NCBI GenBank assembly: GCA_041166945.1
Contig: JBEEGQ010000219.1
Span: forward strand, 1-45,584
Origin: Verrucomicrobiota bacterium
Lineage (GTDB): Bacteria; Verrucomicrobiota; Verrucomicrobiia; Limisphaerales; JADJPG01
Length of the DNA stretch: 45,584 bases
Direction: 5' to 3'
Shown: positions 29,180-38,675 of the stretch, in pieces
Layout: each line of letters opens with the position of its first letter
Position numbering within the stretch: position 1 is the first letter of the stretch
Program-made: the position numbers and the translations under genes
The notes under the pieces: generated by a model
The model's input: only the letters and a program-made list of their open reading frames with translations
Databases searched by the model: none
Told to the model about the DNA's origin: nothing

Positions 29180-31969
29180 ATGAAAGAATTGTTCCTCGTC
29201 CTTAGCGTCATCGCCGGGATCAATCCCGGCGCGGACGGGCCGCAGGAGCGGGCTGCAAAAATTCACTGGTCGTATGTGAAGCCGGTTCGGCCCGCTTTGC
29301 CGCGTGTCAGCGATCCTAGATGGTCGCGCAATGCCCTCGACTCCTTTGTTCTCGCGCAGCTTGATCGCGAAAAGCTCAAGCCATCGCCCGAAGCCGCTCG
29401 CGCGATCCTGTTGCGGCGCGTGAGCCTCGACCTCACCGGCCTCCCCCCCTCGCCCGATGAAGTGGATTCATTTCTCAACGACAGGAGCGCGGTTGCCTAC
29501 GAGAAAGTGGTGACCCGGCTGTTGGATTCGCCGGCTTATGGGGAACGCTGGGCCCGGCAGTGGCTGGATCTGGCGCGCTACGCCGACACCCAGGGTTACG
29601 AGAAGGATGCCCGCCGCTCGATGTGGCCCTATCGGGATTGGGTCATTAACGCGCTCAACCGGAACATGCCCTTCGACCAGTTCACCATCGAACAGCTCGC
29701 CGGCGATCTGCTGCCCAACGCGACACAGGATCAGCGTGTCGCGACCGGTTTCCATCGCAACACGATGACCAATACCGAGGGCGGCACCGACAACGAAGAG
29801 TTCCGCTACGAAGCCGTCGTGGATCGCGTCAACACCACTTTCGCCGTCTGGATGGGCAGCACCCTCAGCTGTGCCCAGTGTCACAATCACAAATATGACC
29901 CGTTCACCAACGTCGAGTATTACCGCGTCATGGCTTTCCTGAACAACACCGAGGACGCCGACGCGGACGACGAAAAGCCCACAATGAAAGTGTTCACCAG
30001 CAGCGAAAGGAAAAAACTCACCGGCCTGCGTGATGCCGAGAAGGCTGCGGAGAACAAGTTGACTGATTTGTTGAAAGCCCCCGAATTCCAGCAGGCATTC
30101 ACCAATTGGCAGACCAAACTTTCCAACGAAACTGCAAGCTGGGAACCATTGGATCCTACGACGTTCACGTCCGCCGGTGGAGCGACCCTGACGAAAACCG
30201 CCAGCAAGTCGATCGTCGCCGACGGCGTCAATCCCACGAACGACACCTATGTGGTCACCACCCCGATCGGGCCGGGCAGGTTCACCGGCATCCGGCTGGA
30301 AGCGCTGGAGACCGGCGAAGCCAAGGCTGTCGGGCGTCACGAGAACGGCGGATTCGTCCTCCGCCAGTTCGAGTTGGCCGTGCGGCCGGTGAACGCGCAG
30401 GAGTCCAAGCCCGTTCCGTTCACCAACGTTTTCGCGGATTTCTCGCAAAAGAATTTTGAGGTTTCAAATATTCTCACCGGGAAAGGCGACGGATGGGCAA
30501 TCGAGTCGATGAAACCGGAGAACAAAATTCGCCGCTCGGCTTATTTTGCGCTCGAGCGCCCCCTCGATCTACCCGGAGGCGGCATGCTCACTTTTACTTT
30601 GCGTCACAGCGACCGGCATCCGGGTGCCAATCTCAAACGGTTCCGCCTTTATGCCACGCAGAGCGCGCAGATGGGTCCGCCCACCAACGTGCCCGCGGAA
30701 ATGCGGGCGATTCTCGCGATTGCTGCCGACAAGCGGGACAAAAAACAGACCGACAAGATCACCGAATATTATCGCGCGCTGGATCCCGTGACGAAGCCGC
30801 TGCACGAAGCTCACGCGGGCGCACGGAAAGCGGCCGAGGACTTCGAGAAGCAAATCCCCACGACGAGCGTCATGTCCGAACTGGAAAAGCTGCGCGTCAC
30901 GAAACGGCATGTGCGGGGCGCCTACCTCAACACCGCGGAGGCGGTTGAGCCCGGAACACCCGCCTCCTTGCATCCGTTTGAAGCCAGCCTCCCGGCCAAC
31001 CGGCTTGGATTCGCCCGCTGGGTCGTTTCGACCTCGAACCCGCTGACGGCGCGCGTGATGATGAACCGGATTTGGGAGCAATATTTCGGCAAGGGCATCG
31101 TTGAAACCGTCGAGGAATTTGGCAAACAGGGCGAGCCGCCGTCTCATCCCCAATTGCTCGACTGGCTGGCGTCTGAATTCATGGCGCCCGAATCCACGTC
31201 GGGTGCCGGTGCAGGTGCGCAACCTTGGGATCTGAAACACATGCATCGGCTCATCGTGACAAGTGCCACCTATCGGCAAAGCTCGAAGGTGTCAGCGGCG
31301 CTGGCCCATCGGGATCCGTTCAACCGGTTGCTGGCGCGCGGTCCGCGAGTGCGGCTGGAAGCGGAGATGGTTCGCGACCAGGCGCTGGCCGTGGCGGGCC
31401 TGTTGAGCAAAAAACGCGGCGGCCCCAGCGTGATGCCACCACAGCCCGAAGGCATTTGGCAGGTGGTTTACAACGGCGAACTCTGGAAGACATCCGCGGG
31501 TGAGGACAAATATCGCCGCGGTCTTTACACGTTCTGGCGGCGCTCGATGCCGCATCCGATGATGGTAAATTTTGATGCGCCGAGCCGGGAATTCTGCGTG
31601 TTGCGACGTTCGCGCAGCAACACTCCCTTGCAGGCGCTCAACACGCTCAACGATCCCGCCTTCATCGAGTGCGCGCAGGCCATCGCCCGCCAGGTGGCCA
31701 CGCAGGACCATGCCGATGTCAAAACCCGCGCCACTCATGCCTTCCGCTTGATCCTGGCCCGCGCCCCGCAGCCGAAAGAGGTCGCGCGGCTCGTCGCATT
31801 GTTCCAAAGCGAATTGAAACATTACGAGGCGGACCCAAAGGCCGCCGAAAAAATGGCGACGAGCGAGCTGGGTAAACCGAAGGAGCCTTGCAACCTCGCC
31901 GAACTGGCGGCGTGGACCGTCGTCGCCAATGTCCTCTTGAACCTGGATGAAGCGGTGACAAAAGGTTAA
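29180..31969 (+). CDS. DUF1549/DUF1553 (PSD1) planctomycete-type protein
   Basis: [79 protein letters not shown]. Confidence 0.92.
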   Translation: MKELFLVLSVIAGINPGADGPQERAAKIHWSYVKPVRPALPRVSDPRWSRNALDSFVLAQLDREKLKPSPEAARAILLRRVSLDLTGLPPSPDEVDSFLNDRSAVAYEKVVTRLLDSPAYGERWARQWLDLARYADTQGYEKDARRSMWPYRDWVINALNRNMPFDQFTIEQLAGDLLPNATQDQRVATGFHRNTMTNTEGGTDNEEFRYEAVVDRVNTTFAVWMGSTLSCAQCHNHKYDPFTNVEYYRVMAFLNNTEDADADDEKPTMKVFTSSERKKLTGLRDAEKAAENKLTDLLKAPEFQQAFTNWQTKLSNETASWEPLDPTTFTSAGGATLTKTASKSIVADGVNPTNDTYVVTTPIGPGRFTGIRLEALETGEAKAVGRHENGGFVLRQFELAVRPVNAQESKPVPFTNVFADFSQKNFEVSNILTGKGDGWAIESMKPENKIRRSAYFALERPLDLPGGGMLTFTLRHSDRHPGANLKRFRLYATQSAQMGPPTNVPAEMRAILAIAADKRDKKQTDKITEYYRALDPVTKPLHEAHAGARKAAEDFEKQIPTTSVMSELEKLRVTKRHVRGAYLNTAEAVEPGTPASLHPFEASLPANRLGFARWVVSTSNPLTARVMMNRIWEQYFGKGIVETVEEFGKQGEPPSHPQLLDWLASEFMAPESTSGAGAGAQPWDLKHMHRLIVTSATYRQSSKVSAALAHRDPFNRLLARGPRVRLEAEMVRDQALAVAGLLSKKRGGPSVMPPQPEGIWQVVYNGELWKTSAGEDKYRRGLYTFWRRSMPHPMMVNFDAPSREFCVLRRSRSNTPLQALNTLNDPAFIECAQAIARQVATQDHADVKTRATHAFRLILARAPQPKEVARLVALFQSELKHYEADPKAAEKMATSELGKPKEPCNLAELAAWTVVANVLLNLDEAVTKG

Positions 31970-31974
31970 ATGCG

Positions 31975-33453
31975 ATGAACCCCTTTCTTTCCGAATGGTC
32001 TGTGGAAAACCTGCGCGCAGTCACACGACGACAGTTTTTCGGCCGCACCGCCACAGGCATCGGCTCGCTGGCGCTGGCGTCGTTGTTGCGCGGCAACTTG
32101 TCCGCATCCGGCCCGGCCGCCCTCGCGGGCGCTGCTGAGAATTCGCTCGCACCGCGACAGCCGCACTTTGCCGCGCGTGCCCGCCGCGCCATCTATATCC
32201 ATATGGCCGGGTCGCCATCCCAGCTGGAGCTCTTCGATCCGAAACCGAAATTGAGCGAGTTGAACGGCAAGCCATGTCCGGAGTCGCTTTACAAAAAGGA
32301 ACGCTTCGCCTTCATCAAGGGCGTTCCGAAAATGCTCGGAGCGACCCATGAATTTGCCCGTTACGGCCAATGCGGCATGGAGCTGGGGAAACTCATCCCG
32401 CATATCGGCGCGCACGCCGATGATCTTTGCCTGGTTCGATCGATGTTCACTGAGCAGTTCAACCATGCGCCCGCGCAACTTTTTCTCCATACCGGCGCGC
32501 CGCGGCAGGGACGGCCCGGCATGGGCGCCTGGCTCACGTACGGCCTCGGCAGCGAATCCCAGGATCTACCAGCGTTCGTCGTGCTGACCAGCGGCGGAAA
32601 AACTCCCGACGGCGGCGCCTCGCTCTGGGGCAGCGCCTTTCTCCCGACCGTCTATCAAGGCGTGCAATGCCGCTCGAAGGGCGATCCGATTCTTTATGTT
32701 TCGAATCCGCCGGGCATGGACAGCGCGGGGCGCAGGCGTTCGCTGGATGCATTGAAGGACCTGAACGAACTTCAACTGCACGACGTTGGCGATCCCGAAA
32801 CGCTCACGCGGATTTCGCAGTATGAACTGGCCTACCGAATGCAATCCAGCGTGCCCGAGTTGATGGATATCGAGCGCGAACCGCAGCACATCCGCGATCT
32901 CTACGGCATCGAACCCGGAAAGGTGTCGTTCGCCAACAACGCGTTGCTCGCCCGCCGCCTCCTCGAACGCGGCACCCGCTTCGTCCAGTTGTATCACTGG
33001 GGTTGGGACAGTCATGGCACAGCGGCGAGCGACGACCTGATGACCTCCCTTCCGTTGCGCTGCAAGGAAACCGACCAGGCCAGCGGCGCGCTGCTGACGG
33101 ATCTCAAGCAACGCGGGATGCTCGACGACACCCTGGTGATCTGGGGCGGCGAATTCGGACGAACGCCGATGAATGAGGAACGCAACAATTCAAAGTTCCT
33201 GGGCCGCGATCATCATCCGCATTGTTTCAGTCTTTGGATGGCCGGCGGCGGCATTCGCGGCGGGACAGTTTACGGGGAAACGGACGACCTCGGTTATCAC
33301 GTCGCCAAGGACCAGGTCCATGTGCACGATCTGCAAGCGACGATCCTCAAACAATTTGGCCTGGACCATACCCGGTTGACCTATCGGTTCCAGGGACGCG
33401 ACTACCGATTGACCGATGTCCATGGTGAGGTGGTTGCGGGCCTCCTGGCTTGA
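31975..33453 (+). CDS. DUF1501 family protein (Tat-exported, sulfatase-like)
   Basis: TRRQFF twin-arginine signal, MAGSPSQLELFDPKP, ARRLLERGTRFVQ, WGGEFGRTP, GRDHHP, HVHDLQATIL. Confidence 0.92.
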   Translation: MNPFLSEWSVENLRAVTRRQFFGRTATGIGSLALASLLRGNLSASGPAALAGAAENSLAPRQPHFAARARRAIYIHMAGSPSQLELFDPKPKLSELNGKPCPESLYKKERFAFIKGVPKMLGATHEFARYGQCGMELGKLIPHIGAHADDLCLVRSMFTEQFNHAPAQLFLHTGAPRQGRPGMGAWLTYGLGSESQDLPAFVVLTSGGKTPDGGASLWGSAFLPTVYQGVQCRSKGDPILYVSNPPGMDSAGRRRSLDALKDLNELQLHDVGDPETLTRISQYELAYRMQSSVPELMDIEREPQHIRDLYGIEPGKVSFANNALLARRLLERGTRFVQLYHWGWDSHGTAASDDLMTSLPLRCKETDQASGALLTDLKQRGMLDDTLVIWGGEFGRTPMNEERNNSKFLGRDHHPHCFSLWMAGGGIRGGTVYGETDDLGYHVAKDQVHVHDLQATILKQFGLDHTRLTYRFQGRDYRLTDVHGEVVAGLLA

Positions 33454-33471
33454 ATGGGCCGGCAAGGCCGT

Positions 33472-33630
33472 GACACCCTAAAGGGTGGACACCGAACGCC
33501 GCGGAGGCTGCTCCTGTTTGGTGTCCACGCTTTAGCGTGTCCCCGTTATGGATCGGGGTTCGAACACCCTAAAGGGTGGACACCAAACGCTGGCGGAGGC
33601 TGCTCTTGGTGGGTGTTCATGCTTAGACAT
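33472..33630. repeat. BIME-like cluster of family-1 REP units in alternating orientation
   Basis: Direct 33472-33497, inverted 33516-33541, direct 33563-33588, degenerate inverted about 33608-33630; linker GCGGAGGCTGCTC is repeated. Confidence 0.85.
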
Positions 33631-33813
33631 AAGAACGGGAGGTGTGGGGGACCCGGGCGGAATTCGGGAGCGCAAACTTTCCAACCTTCAAGCGGCTTGA
33701 AAGCCGCGGTCCGGGGGGAGTATGGGACATATCGCCAAGTAGGTGATTCCACGGCGGTGCTGATGGTGGTTACCCCCAATGACGGCACCTCATGGCAAGG
33801 GGACATTGTCCCC

Positions 33814-34131
33814 ATGACCCTGCGGACCAACCCATCACGACGCTGGTTCGCCGTGTTGTGTCTCACCGTCTCATGGGCACTGGCGAACTGGGGGTCGCTG
33901 GCACTTCAACCGTTGTTGGGAGGATGGATCTTTTCCGCGTGGTGGTTGGTTTGCGGCATCCTTGCATGCGTCGCAGTGATCCTCGCATCCATCGATTTGG
34001 TTTCAGCCTGGCGCGGGTTTCAGGCCGCGCGCCGTCGTGGTCTTGCCGGTCCCCGTGAAGAGATCGAAAAGGCAGCGTCCCGGGCAGGTGAGGCAGGAAA
34101 TCTGGAATCGAGCCCGCCGCCTGAGCGTTGA
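33814..34131 (+). CDS. Small hypothetical membrane protein (about 105 aa, 2-3 TM)
   Basis: ATG at 33814; RRWFAVLCL...WWLVCGILACVAVILASID hydrophobic segments followed by a charged tail. Confidence 0.55.
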   Translation: MTLRTNPSRRWFAVLCLTVSWALANWGSLALQPLLGGWIFSAWWLVCGILACVAVILASIDLVSAWRGFQAARRRGLAGPREEIEKAASRAGEAGNLESSPPPER

Positions 34132-34159
34132 CTCCGCTCCAGCACGTTGGAGTCCTGCG

Positions 34160-34651
34160 CTACCCTTCAAAGGCGCGCTGCAAGCCTGCGATTTCCAGTT
34201 TCCTCATTCCCATCATGACCTGAAAAACGCGCTGGGATCGAACGGCGTCAGGATTAGTGAGCCACTCGGGCAGCGCATCGGGAACGACCTGCCAGGAGAC
34301 CCCAAACTTGTCCTTGAGCCAGCCGCATTGCTGGGCATTGGGATCGCCCCCTTCGCCGAGGCGTTCCCAGTAATAATCCACCTCGAGCTGGGTGGCGCAG
34401 CCGATCTGAAACGAGATGGCTTCGTTAAACTTGAACACCGGCCCCCCATTTAGCGCCGTGAAGGATTGGCCATTCAGTTCAAAGGCAACCGTTAGAACTG
34501 ATCCCGGCGGCCTCCCATGAATCTCCTTGCCAGCCTCGCCATAACGCGTGATGGCCCCCATTTTGGAGGCTTTGAATATGCCGATGTAAAACCGCGCGGC
34601 CTCCTCGGCTTGCGAATCAAACCAGAGGCAGGGAGTAATTTTGGATGACAT
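34160..34651 (-). CDS. VOC/PhnB-like (3-dmu-9_3-mt family) protein
   Basis: KITPCLWFDSQAEEAARFY, FTALNGGP.FKFNEAISF, CGWLKDKFGVSWQV; ATG at 34651. Confidence 0.9.
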   Translation of the reverse strand: MSSKITPCLWFDSQAEEAARFYIGIFKASKMGAITRYGEAGKEIHGRPPGSVLTVAFELNGQSFTALNGGPVFKFNEAISFQIGCATQLEVDYYWERLGEGGDPNAQQCGWLKDKFGVSWQVVPDALPEWLTNPDAVRSQRVFQVMMGMRKLEIAGLQRAFEG

Positions 34652-34708
34652 GACGTTAGTTGGATGGCGTGTTTCGAATGGTGCGTCGAGTGTTCGTGCG
34701 CGGCTCAA

Positions 34709-35470
34709 TCAGGATTTGGCCGGTTCGGCGTTCCAGACTTTCAGATCATCGAAAAATCCGTCCTTGCCGCCGACGCCCAGCTCGATCTTGGACTTGGTGG
34801 CGTGGCCGATGCCGGATGATTTGAGATAGGCGGCGGGCTTGCCGTCGACTGTAACCCTCATTTCATCGCCCACCGTTTCCACGACGAGCGTGTACCACTT
34901 GCCGGTTTCGAATTTGGCAGGAAAGGTCACCTGCCGGCCCGCGAGGAGCTTCGAGCGTTCGGCTTTTTTGTCCGGGTCCTTGCTCATTTCGTAAATGTCG
35001 TTGCGCATGCTGCCATCGCGTTCGTCGATGATGGTCACGCCCGTCAACCGGACTTGGGCGCGGCAAAGATGCCCGTAGTGCGCACCGGTATATTTGCGGT
35101 CATCAAACTCAACATCGATCATCGAGGCGCCCTCGAATCGAATCCGCACCTCGACAACACTGTCCTTGGTGGGAATCTCGAGGCCATGAACAGCGGCATG
35201 GGCGGTGGTGGCGGGTTTGCCATCGGCGGCGGGACTGCTTTTATCGCGTGTTTGAGTTCCTTTGAGGGCGCCCTTTTCGATGGCGAACGTGGGAACGACC
35301 TTGTGCCAGACCTTGGCAGGCTCGGCGCCCTCGAAGTCATCGGAGAAAAGGAGCTCCTTCTTTTTGGCGATCGACCCGGACGGGATGGGAGGCAGCTCGG
35401 CGGCCAACGCCGTCGATGTGATCAGGAGAAACGCGACGAGGAGCTGGCGGCTGTTCAATGAGATATGCAT
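34709..35470 (-). CDS. Secreted concanavalin/LamG-like (DUF1080-related) beta-sandwich protein
   Basis: Signal peptide, LLFSDDFE, HAAVH, GKWYTLVVE...MRVTVDGK, SSGIGHATKS, FDDLKVW; ATG at 35470. Confidence 0.65.
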   Translation of the reverse strand: MHISLNSRQLLVAFLLITSTALAAELPPIPSGSIAKKKELLFSDDFEGAEPAKVWHKVVPTFAIEKGALKGTQTRDKSSPAADGKPATTAHAAVHGLEIPTKDSVVEVRIRFEGASMIDVEFDDRKYTGAHYGHLCRAQVRLTGVTIIDERDGSMRNDIYEMSKDPDKKAERSKLLAGRQVTFPAKFETGKWYTLVVETVGDEMRVTVDGKPAAYLKSSGIGHATKSKIELGVGGKDGFFDDLKVWNAEPAKS

Positions 35471-35496
35471 GGACGGTGATTTTTCGGGAATAGGGT

Positions 35497-35571
35497 TGGT
35501 GCGCGCTGCAGGGTTTGAACCTGCGACCCCATCCGTGTGAAGGATGTGCTCTACCGCTGAGCTAAGCGCGC
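35497..35571 (-). tRNA. tRNA-Val (anticodon CAC)
   Basis: 75-nt cloverleaf GCGCGCT-TAGCTCAGCGGTAGAGCA-CATCC-TTCACAC-GGATG-GGGTC-GCAGG-TTCAAAC-CCTGC-AGCGCGC-A-CCA. Confidence 0.97.
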
Positions 35572-35583
35572 AGGGCGAGGACG

Positions 35584-35611
35584 AAACTAAATGAGGGGGA
35601 AGACATTTCAA
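35584..35611 (-). promoter_or_regulatory. Putative sigma-70 promoter of tRNA-Val
   Basis: TTGAAA (35611-35606)-N16-TAGTTT (35589-35584), 12 nt upstream of the tRNA. Confidence 0.5.
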
Positions 35612-35660
35612 GGCTTTCTTTCCGAAGCGGCCTCCAAGCGGCGCGGGATTGGACGCGAGA

Positions 35661-36062
35661 TCAATAATGGGCCTCGCCGCGGGGCGCCTGGCCGGCGGCG
35701 TTCACGGCGAAGGCAAATTCCCGGACCGGCTCGCCATTGATCAAATGTTCCTGGATGATTCGTTCGAGAACGGCAGGGGTGCAGGATTGATACCAGACGC
35801 CGTCGGGATAGACCACGGCGATGGGGCCGTTCGTGCAGACTCGCAAACAATTTACCTTGCTGCGAAACACCAACGGCTGCGGCCCCACGAGGTTCAACTC
35901 GGCGAGACGCATTTTCAGGAATTCCCATGCGGCAAGGGTTTGCTCGCGCGGGGCGCATTGGGCGTCCGTCTGGTCGGCGCACAGCAGAATATGGCGCGCG
36001 TATTTTTCCAGTCCGAGCGAGAGGACCGCTTGTTGCAGGTCCGAGTCAAGTGAGTTGGGCAT
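35661..36062 (-). CDS. Thioredoxin-like [2Fe-2S] ferredoxin
   Basis: [45 protein letters not shown]; ATG at 36062. Confidence 0.88.
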   Translation of the reverse strand: MPNSLDSDLQQAVLSLGLEKYARHILLCADQTDAQCAPREQTLAAWEFLKMRLAELNLVGPQPLVFRSKVNCLRVCTNGPIAVVYPDGVWYQSCTPAVLERIIQEHLINGEPVREFAFAVNAAGQAPRGEAHY

Positions 36063-36189
36063 GCGGGACAATTCGGGGTGCGCCTTATAGACGCGTGGCG
36101 CGGCCTGATGTTCAAACAGAGCCATGCCGGCACTAAAATCTTTGCATCGCCGTCCCAGGACCGTAATTTTCGGCCAGCGAAAGCATCCG

Positions 36190-36663
36190 ATGGCCAAAGC
36201 ACCTGAATTGAAATTGAAGGAGGGGGACCCCGCACCTGGCTTCACGTCCGCGACCAACGGCGGTGGCACCGTCTCCCTGTCCGACTTCAAAGGCCAACCC
36301 GTCGTGCTCTATTTTTATCCGCGCGACGATACCCCCGGCTGCACCAGGGAAGCCTGTGGATTCCGCGATGCGTACGAGGCGTTCCGCAAAAAAGGGGCGG
36401 TGGTGCTGGGGGTGAGCGTGGATCCGGTGAAGGCCCACAACAAGTTCATCGAAAAATTCAATCTCCCCTTCCCTCTCCTGGCTGACGAGGACAAACGCAT
36501 CGTCGAAGCGTATGGCGTGTGGGGCCAAAAAAGTTTCATGGGCCGCAAATACATGGGGGTGCATCGCGTGACGTTCCTGATCGGGGCAGATGGGCGGATC
36601 CAAAGGATTTGGTCCCTGGTGAAGCCTGAAGAACATGCTGCTGAAGTACTGAACGCCATCTGA
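36190..36663 (+). CDS. bcp: Peroxiredoxin (BCP/PrxQ)
   Basis: [21 protein letters not shown] (peroxidatic and resolving Cys), RVTFLI; ATG at 36190. Confidence 0.93.
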   Translation: MAKAPELKLKEGDPAPGFTSATNGGGTVSLSDFKGQPVVLYFYPRDDTPGCTREACGFRDAYEAFRKKGAVVLGVSVDPVKAHNKFIEKFNLPFPLLADEDKRIVEAYGVWGQKSFMGRKYMGVHRVTFLIGADGRIQRIWSLVKPEEHAAEVLNAI

Positions 36664-36678
36664 TCCGGACTCTCTCCC

Positions 36679-37347
36679 ATGCCCGCTCCCGAATTCATTG
36701 CCGCCGGCGACAAATCATCGCGGCATTTGCTGATCGCGCTGCATGGCCTGGGTGACAGCGCCGCCGGGTATCGTTTTCTGCCATCGATGCTCGGGTTGCC
36801 CTGGATGAATTATCTGCTCGTCAACGCCCCGGACTCCTACTTCGGCGGATTTTCCTGGTACGAGTTCAACGGAGAACCGGGTCCGGGAATTGTTCGGAGC
36901 CGGGCATTGGTGATGGATATTCTCGAGCAACAACGCGCGGCGGGGTTTCCGTCGTCGCAAACGAGCCTGCTCGGATTTTCACAAGGATGCCTGATGACGG
37001 TGGATGTGGGTTTTCGTTATGCGCATCGGCTCGCCGCCCTCGTGGGGATCAGCGGCTATGTTCATGAACCCGCGCTGTTGCTCAAGGAACTTTCGCCCGC
37101 AGCGAAACAGCAGCGCATGTTGTTTACCCATGGAACCCAGGACCCGCTGATACCGTGTGCCGAGGTGCGCCAGCAGGTCGACGTTTTGAGGAAAGCGGGA
37201 CTCGACATTACGTGGCGCGAGTTTGTGAAGGCGCACACGATAGAGGGAAAGGCGGAGATCGATTTGATCCGCCAGTTCCTGCGGACTTGTCACGAGGATG
37301 GAAAGCCCGCGGCTGCGGAGATGAAGCGCATCAACCGCGCGGATTGA
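36679..37347 (+). CDS. Phospholipase/carboxylesterase (alpha/beta hydrolase)
   Basis: LHGLGD, GFSQG nucleophile elbow, HGTQDPLI, KAHTI. Confidence 0.9.
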   Translation: MPAPEFIAAGDKSSRHLLIALHGLGDSAAGYRFLPSMLGLPWMNYLLVNAPDSYFGGFSWYEFNGEPGPGIVRSRALVMDILEQQRAAGFPSSQTSLLGFSQGCLMTVDVGFRYAHRLAALVGISGYVHEPALLLKELSPAAKQQRMLFTHGTQDPLIPCAEVRQQVDVLRKAGLDITWREFVKAHTIEGKAEIDLIRQFLRTCHEDGKPAAAEMKRINRAD

Positions 37348-38362
37348 AGTGCGATTCCTTCGCCAGCTTCTCCCATAATTCGCGTTCGGGAGCCGACACT
37401 TGCGCGGGGATCTGGAGACGGCCGACCACAAATAAATCGCCTCGCGTGCCCTCCTTGCCGAGCCCATGGCCGCGCACGCGCAAGCGCTGGCCGTTTTGGG
37501 TGCCCGCCGGGATCCGAATATTGACGGGGCCTTCGAGAGTGGGCACGGCGACGTGGGCGCCGAGCACGGCCTCCCAGGGTGCCAGTTCGATGTCGCAAAA
37601 GAGATTCGCGCCTTCGACCCGAAAGTCCGGATGCCCGGCGAGACGGATGTTGAGAAACAGATCCCCGGCGCCGGCCCCGCCCGCTCCAGATTCGCCCTTC
37701 CCGGCCACACGCAGCCGTTGTCCGTCGATGACCCCGGCGGGAATTTTCACCTGGTGGGTTTCGGATTTCATGACCTGGCCGCTGCCACCGCAGGCGGTGC
37801 ACATGCGGCGCTTGGTTTCGCCCGTTCCCCCGCATTGCGGGCAGGTGACGGCGCGCCGAAGGGACACCGCACGAACCGAGCCGCGCAATGCCTCCTCGAG
37901 AGTCACCATGATGTCTCCCTCGATGTCGCGGCCGCGGGCCGAGAGATCCTCGCCCTCGAAAGCAAACCCGCCCGCGCCACGGGCCTGGCGCCCGAAGAGT
38001 TGCTCGAAAAAATCGCTGAAGCCGGTCCCGCCGAATTCAAAACTTTCCCCGGACGCCGGACCTCCGCGAGCGCCGCGTCCCGCGCGCCCGCCCATGCCAT
38101 CCCAGCCGGGCGGCGGCCGAAATTCGGCGCCCTGTTTCCAGTTGGCCCCGAGCGCATCATATTTGCGGCGCTTCTCGGGATCGCTGAGGACATCGTGGGC
38201 TTCGTTGATCTCCTTGAACTTCTCCTCCGCCTCCTTTTTGTTTTTTGCGACGTCCGGATGATGCTGGCGGGCGAGTTTGCGAAAGGCCTTGCGAATTTCA
38301 TCCTGCGTCGCGGTTCGCTCGACAGCCAGGACCTTGTAATAATCTTTGTATTCGACACCCAT
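37331..38362 (-). CDS. DnaJ-class co-chaperone (CbpA/DnaJ-like)
   Basis: J-domain with HPD, G/F-rich region (GFSDFFEQLFG), two CxxCxGxG repeats, DnaJ C-terminal domain. Confidence 0.92.
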   Translation of the reverse strand: MGVEYKDYYKVLAVERTATQDEIRKAFRKLARQHHPDVAKNKKEAEEKFKEINEAHDVLSDPEKRRKYDALGANWKQGAEFRPPPGWDGMGGRAGRGARGGPASGESFEFGGTGFSDFFEQLFGRQARGAGGFAFEGEDLSARGRDIEGDIMVTLEEALRGSVRAVSLRRAVTCPQCGGTGETKRRMCTACGGSGQVMKSETHQVKIPAGVIDGQRLRVAGKGESGAGGAGAGDLFLNIRLAGHPDFRVEGANLFCDIELAPWEAVLGAHVAVPTLEGPVNIRIPAGTQNGQRLRVRGHGLGKEGTRGDLFVVGRLQIPAQVSAPERELWEKLAKESHFNPRG

Positions 38363-38487
38363 GATTCAACGTGACTGCCGGCGACGGGACGAATCACCAG
38401 TGCCGGGAGCGTAAAGCCGAAGGGTGACTTTGACAACAAATGCCGCGTTTTCGGACGGGGCCGAGAGATCTCCCCGGGACTTTTTTC

Positions 38488-38566
38488 GACGCGCCTCCTC
38501 TCCCGCCCTTCGGGCACCCTCTCCTCCATTTCAGAAATGGAGGAGAGGGAGGGGAGAGGAGGCGTT
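38488..38566. repeat. Palindromic repeat family 2, second copy (opposite orientation to 27614-27687)
   Basis: GCCTCCTCTCCC-GCCCTTCGGGC-ACCCTCTCCTCCATTTCAGAAATGGAGGAGAGGG...GGGAGAGGAGGC nested hairpins. Confidence 0.8.
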
Positions 38567-38675
38567 TCTCTTTGCTGCCTTTAAATGATATTCGCCTCAC
38601 TTGCCGACGGCGCGGGGACCTGTCCGTCGGTGGGCGGTTGAATTTCCGCTTCTTCGTGCCGTCCAAAAACGGCTC

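Noticed and set aside
33454-33813. 5' part of the 225-aa ORF 33454-34131
   Set aside because: It is a translation of REP units (TLKGGHRT, HPKGWTPN also appear in spurious ORFs near 950-1060); only the part from 33814 looks protein-like
34678-34684. TGGTGCG as an att duplication of the tRNA-Val 3' end
   Set aside because: Only a 7-bp match and no integrase in the window
35471-35611. 300-aa ORF 34709-35611 reading through the tRNA
   Set aside because: The extension is a chance translation of tRNA-Val and its promoter; the signal peptide starts at 35470
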